Assembly (NCBI GenBank): GCA_036867785.1
Contig: CP145415.1
Location: 620,001 to 684,000 of the forward strand
Reading direction: 5' to 3'
DNA length: 64,000 nt
From: Plasmodiophora brassicae
Lineage: Eukaryota
This document shows, piece by piece, positions 59,910 through 64,000 of the stretch. The position numbers and the translations under genes were made by a program. The notes below the pieces were generated by a model, which searched no databases, was not told where the DNA came from, and saw only the letters and a list, made by a program, of their open reading frames with translations. Position 1 is the first letter of the stretch. Each line of letters starts with the position of its first letter.

Positions 59910-59961
59910 CGACCGCGTCCTGTATTCGGGGTTAGGAGGCGGGCGGCGGCGGGATGCGTTA

Positions 59962-61161
59962 TTAGACGGCCGGGTTCCGGTGCAGGTACGGGAGCATCGA
60001 GACGTGCGTGCCGACCTTTTCCTGCTGTGTGCGACCGATGGCCCCGGCGTCGATGTCCACTATCTGTGGCCTGGGCAGCTCCTCGTAGGTGATGTCCCGC
60101 GGTTCCGTCGTCGTCGTTACGAACGACGGCGACGTGTTCCCGCCTGCTTTGGACGATGCCGACTCCATGGCCTGCCGGAACGACGACTTGGAGTGCACGG
60201 TCCGGATCGACGGCACGTCGACGCGGGACTCGTTGATCAGCTTGCTGATCGCTTCGTCACTCGCCTCGTCGCCATCATCATCGACATCGCCACCATCAGG
60301 TTCGTTGTCGTTCTCCCTGTGCTGGATCAAGTGATCGATAGGCCCGATCGGACTCTGATCAGGTTGCCCGTCCTGAATCGCCTGCCGCCTCGACTTGGCC
60401 GCTTCAGTATCAGCAGAGAAATCGTGACCAGCCAGAAGGGTAACCCGGTCCTTGACGCTTCTCACTAAGTCCTGGATCTCGACGTCGGCCAGGTACTTTG
60501 AAATGTCGAGCGATGCCGCGAAATCGATGAGCTCCTGGATCTGCTGACGTTGGGCGGCCGCGCCTTCCTCCTCCGTCATCGACCAGGCGGGTTTACTGCT
60601 CTGCGACGACGCTCGCGCCTTCTCTTCGGCGTCCTTCCTGAGTTTCCACAGCGGCGCCGAGAACAGCATGCTCGCCTCGCGTTCTGTCAGTGCCGAGGCA
60701 CTGCCTTTGACCGCCTCACAGATCCGTCTGCGAACGAAAGCCGCCCTGATGCATGCAAGTCAGCAAAGGACGCGTTTCGTACAGGGATAGTCTGAGTGGT
60801 ACCGCTCTTTGAAGTTGCGCATGCGTTCGTCCTGCTGGGCTTGTTCAGCGAGCCTGTGTTCGGTGTATTGCTGCCGTTCGTTCTTCAAATCGTCTAGCCA
60901 CTTGCGATGCTTCTTGATGGCGGGCGGCGTCACCGTAATGCGTTTCTTGCGGAGGAAGGCACCCGGGCGTCGAACAGGCGGGTATCCAACCCGTTCCGAT
61001 AGATGCCCGCCAGAAACAAACGGCGGTTTACGACCCGGTTGCGCTGCCAGGCCTGTCGGCGGCCGCATCGACAGCATCACGCCCTTGTAAATGATGTGGC
61101 TATTGCTGGCCGCTGAAGGGACCCGCACAGGCGGGTCCGACAGCAGCGCTTCGTTCGACAT
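59962..61161 (-). CDS. Conserved hypothetical protist protein, spliced
   Basis: KKHRKWLDDL, KPAWSMTEEE, ELIDFAASLDISKYLADVE, C-terminal LPYLHRNPAV. Confidence 0.75.
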
Positions 61162-61316
61162 GCCGCCGCCTCTCAACTGGTACACTACGACGACCCACTC
61201 GAATATGATATCCTCGATCGCCTAACCCCGAGGCGAAGCAGGTCCGTTCTCATAGCAGACGAAACTCCAGCGTTTAGGGCAGCTGCAAGCGAATGCGACA
61301 CGATGTACCATCAGCA

Positions 61317-61490
61317 CACTAAGCACTATCAGGCGAAACTATTTGGCAAGATGATGCTTAGCGCACTGATGTACACCATGGCGTATTCTCTGACAAAGGT
61401 GACGTCCGTCAAGACTGGAATCTTTCAAAATGAGATCAAGCTCCGTCCTCATTGCCGACGAAGTTCCGCCTCGCCTGATAGTGCTTAGTG
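61317..61490. repeat. Inverted repeat, hairpin 1 (20-bp perfect core)
   Basis: cactaagcactatcaggcga (61317-61336) / tcgcctgatagtgcttagtg (61471-61490). Confidence 0.88.
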
Positions 61491-61516
61491 CACGTACAAT
61501 CGATGACGTTCACCTG

Positions 61517-61676
61517 GAGGAACAGGAATCCGTATGCGTTCATGTTCACTCCACCGTCTACTTGCACGGCGTCGTTGTACATATTACAAGCTGACCGAGT
61601 AGGGGCTAGTGTGTACATCGACGTGCTGCAAGTAGACCGTGACGCGAAAATGAACGCGTACGGGTTCCTGTTCCTC
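61517..61676. repeat. Inverted repeat, hairpin 2 (~65-bp imperfect stem)
   Basis: gaggaacaggaatccgtatgcgttcat / atgaacgcgtacgggttcctgttcctc and gtctacttgca / tgcaagtagac. Confidence 0.9.
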
Positions 61677-61729
61677 GCGGTTTCATCGGTGCTGCCGTCA
61701 TCAACGACCATCTCACACTCCGACAGCTC

Positions 61730-62024
61730 GTTACGTTCGCCAGCTGAACAGCGCAACCGGAGGAGAATTGGTCCAAACCAGTCATGGATGCCGTTGCGGT
61801 ATTCAGAGTACTAGCGCCTTTAGTATTCTCATCGACACCTTCGTTGCTGCGAGGAGCCTCTAGTACTGTCGATGAGGACCTCTACTACAAGCGCCTTTAT
61901 TGCCCAAATACATTCTCAAAGCGAGTTGCCGAGATAGTTCCGGGTGCGTTTATACCGCAACAGCATCCATGACTGGTTTGGACCAATTCTCCTCCGGTTG
62001 CGCTGTTCAGCTTGCGAACGTAAC
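61730..62024. repeat. Inverted repeat, hairpin 3 (73-bp arms, 2 mismatches)
   Basis: 61730-61802 is the reverse complement of 61952-62024. Confidence 0.95.
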
Positions 62025-62851
62025 AGCGTTCCGCCGTATACCGAGACTAGGACGTATATCCAACCATCCGGTTTTCATCACCACTATCGTCGCTTCAGCC
62101 TCCAGCACCAGCAGGCAGACCCCGTCGTTAGAAGCGCTGAGTACACCTGACTCGCCAACTGACTAGGTCTCGGAACATGCATTCGGGGATGAGAGGCGCA
62201 TAATGGAATGTCAAAAAGGAGAGCCGTTTGATCTCACTTGCCATGTCAGATAGGAGTTATCAAACAGATGAGTACAGGGAGCGCCCAGTGGCTGTCAAGA
62301 GGGGGCACAGCTTATGTATATAGTGATCGAATATCCAATCGATGCGCAACGCCCCGCTTTTGTCAAGCAGCAATAATGCAGGAGAAACCAGGGGACCCCA
62401 ACGTCTCCCAGGACACTTTGACCCGTTCCTGAATGCCAGCGTGTCACCTGCAGGGCGATCCTTCAACAAAATCGCTCTCCTGGCGACGTGCCGTCAACTA
62501 CTGCTCTTGGACAGACGCTGGTGTTGCGGAAGGCAGAAATGGGCTTGGGTAACGTCGCAATATCGCGATCAGGGGTTTAGGTATCGGAATTAATTCGACT
62601 GATCGACAAGCAGCAAACGGAACTCACCGGCACGCTGCTGGATGTCACCGCTGTCGTCGGAGACAACCTTCGATCGACGATCCGTGAGGGTCCCTGGAAG
62701 ATGTCGCATGGCGGCAGAGGAAGTTGCGGTAACGTGGCGGCGTCGAGAGGCCACTATACCGCGGACGCCGCAGAGCTGCACTGCACCTACCGTACTTGGC
62801 CCCGTGCCGTGGGGGGCCCCGTGGCACAGCTGGGCAGCCCGCAAGCGCGGC

Positions 62852-64000
62852 ATGATGATGCTGCTGGCACGGCGTCTGGCGGTGGTGTCGGCAAGGCGGA
62901 CCTGGGCCCCGCTGGCCAGGGCGGCACGCGTCCGCCTGCCGGGGACGCCGTCGTGGCTGTCGGGTTCGTCGGCGTCGTTCGCGTCGGTGCCGCGGTTCGA
63001 CGAGGAGGAAGAGGACGAGTTCGACGATGATGATGAGGAGGAAGAGGAGTTTTCATCTGTCGAATCTGACGATGATGACGATATCGATGAGGCCGACGAC
63101 GACGATACGGACGGGGACGATAACGACGACGATGTTGACGATGACTTTGATGGAGATCATGCTGCATCCGGCGATGAGGATGACTGGGCGATGATGTCCG
63201 ACGAAGATGCGGCGTCTTCTGTGGAATCGTTAGATGTCAACCAAGCATCTGCTGAAGCTGCCGAAGCTGGCGTGACAGGGATTGCCGGAAACGAGAAGAA
63301 GAAGGAGTTCGTGCTACGCAAGGCACCGAAAGGAATGCGGCTGAAAGCAAAGTTCTATGTGCCGGTACGTCAGAGCTTACATCGTGCCTGAACCGTCTGT
63401 AACCTTTACGAGCAGGGCAAGTCTGTCGGGTCGCAATGCTACGGATGCGGTGGTATCATCGCGAAAGGGTCCGACGCTAATCGGTCAGAGATCGTTGCCG
63501 TCAGCAAATCACAGTATAGAAAGGGCATAAAACGATACGCGCTGTGCAATCGCTGTCGGAAGCTCCACAAGGCTGAAGAAGATGGTGATCCGGAGGAGGC
63601 CCCGATTGCACCTAAGCGGATCGTCGACGTCGAGGTGTTTAAGAGAGAGGCTGCAAAGGTCTGAGTATCACGGAACACGTTAACAACATCGGCGTCCTCT
63701 TACTGACGTTACGTTTGACAGATTAAAAACTCTCCAGCGTGGGTGATCCACGTCGTTGACGGTACCGATATTGACGGGTCATTGATTCGAGGCGTCCGGA
63801 CGTTTGTGGGGAAGAATCCTATAGTGCTGGCCGTCACCAAGTGCGACCTTCTTCCTGAGGATATATCTGACGAAGCAACCCATTACCGCATCAAGAAATT
63901 CATCGAAGAGCGCGCTAAGCAAAAGCAGGTCAACGTTCACGAAATCTTCTTGATGTCGGCTCTGCGAAACAGTGGCGTTGCCCCGCTTGTCAACTATATC
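62852..64000 (+). CDS. NOA1: NOA1/YqeH/Gep3 circularly permuted GTPase, organellar, truncated by the window end
   Basis: Transit peptide, CYGCG..CNRC zinc motif, VIHVVDGTDIDGS, NPIVLAVTKCDLLP, LMSALRNSGV. Confidence 0.88.

Noticed and set aside
62030-62600. Further weak inverted matches (ccgagactag / ctaggtctcgg and others)
   Set aside because: Too short to distinguish from chance without computation.

Overview
Gene-dense, GC-rich eukaryotic protist DNA with many short (~50-60 nt) GT-AG introns and very short intergenic spacers. This style, plus a flagellar CFAP58 gene, is consistent with a phytomyxid such as Plasmodiophora brassicae (inference, not verified). About 30 protein-coding genes are supportable, including DYRK2-type kinase, mitochondrial bL21, LYAR, MECR, KEA/TMCO3 antiporter, PEX1, spondin/mucin protein, RBMX2, BRF1, TrhO/TSTD2 rhodanese, GST-zeta, CFAP58, Sec5, C2H2-ZF, Rtt106-like chaperone, CDK10/11-like kinase, Costars, Myb and NOA1/YqeH. 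A transposon island (21.0-25.7 kb) holds a non-autonomous hAT element with intact TIRs and an 8-bp TSD, a second hAT relic, and an intronless secreted bacterial-like TolB/PD40 propeller gene. The most striking unexplained structure is a recurring set of long intergenic fold-back inverted repeats, unrelated to each other in sequence (9.9-10.4, 37.6-37.9 and 40.3-41.1 kb, plus three consecutive hairpins at 61.3-62.0 kb); these could be hairpin-RNA/small-RNA loci. Two apparent pseudo-enzymes (2OG-Fe(II) oxygenase and LicD-like) are also present. Boundaries of spliced genes were read by eye and are approximate.
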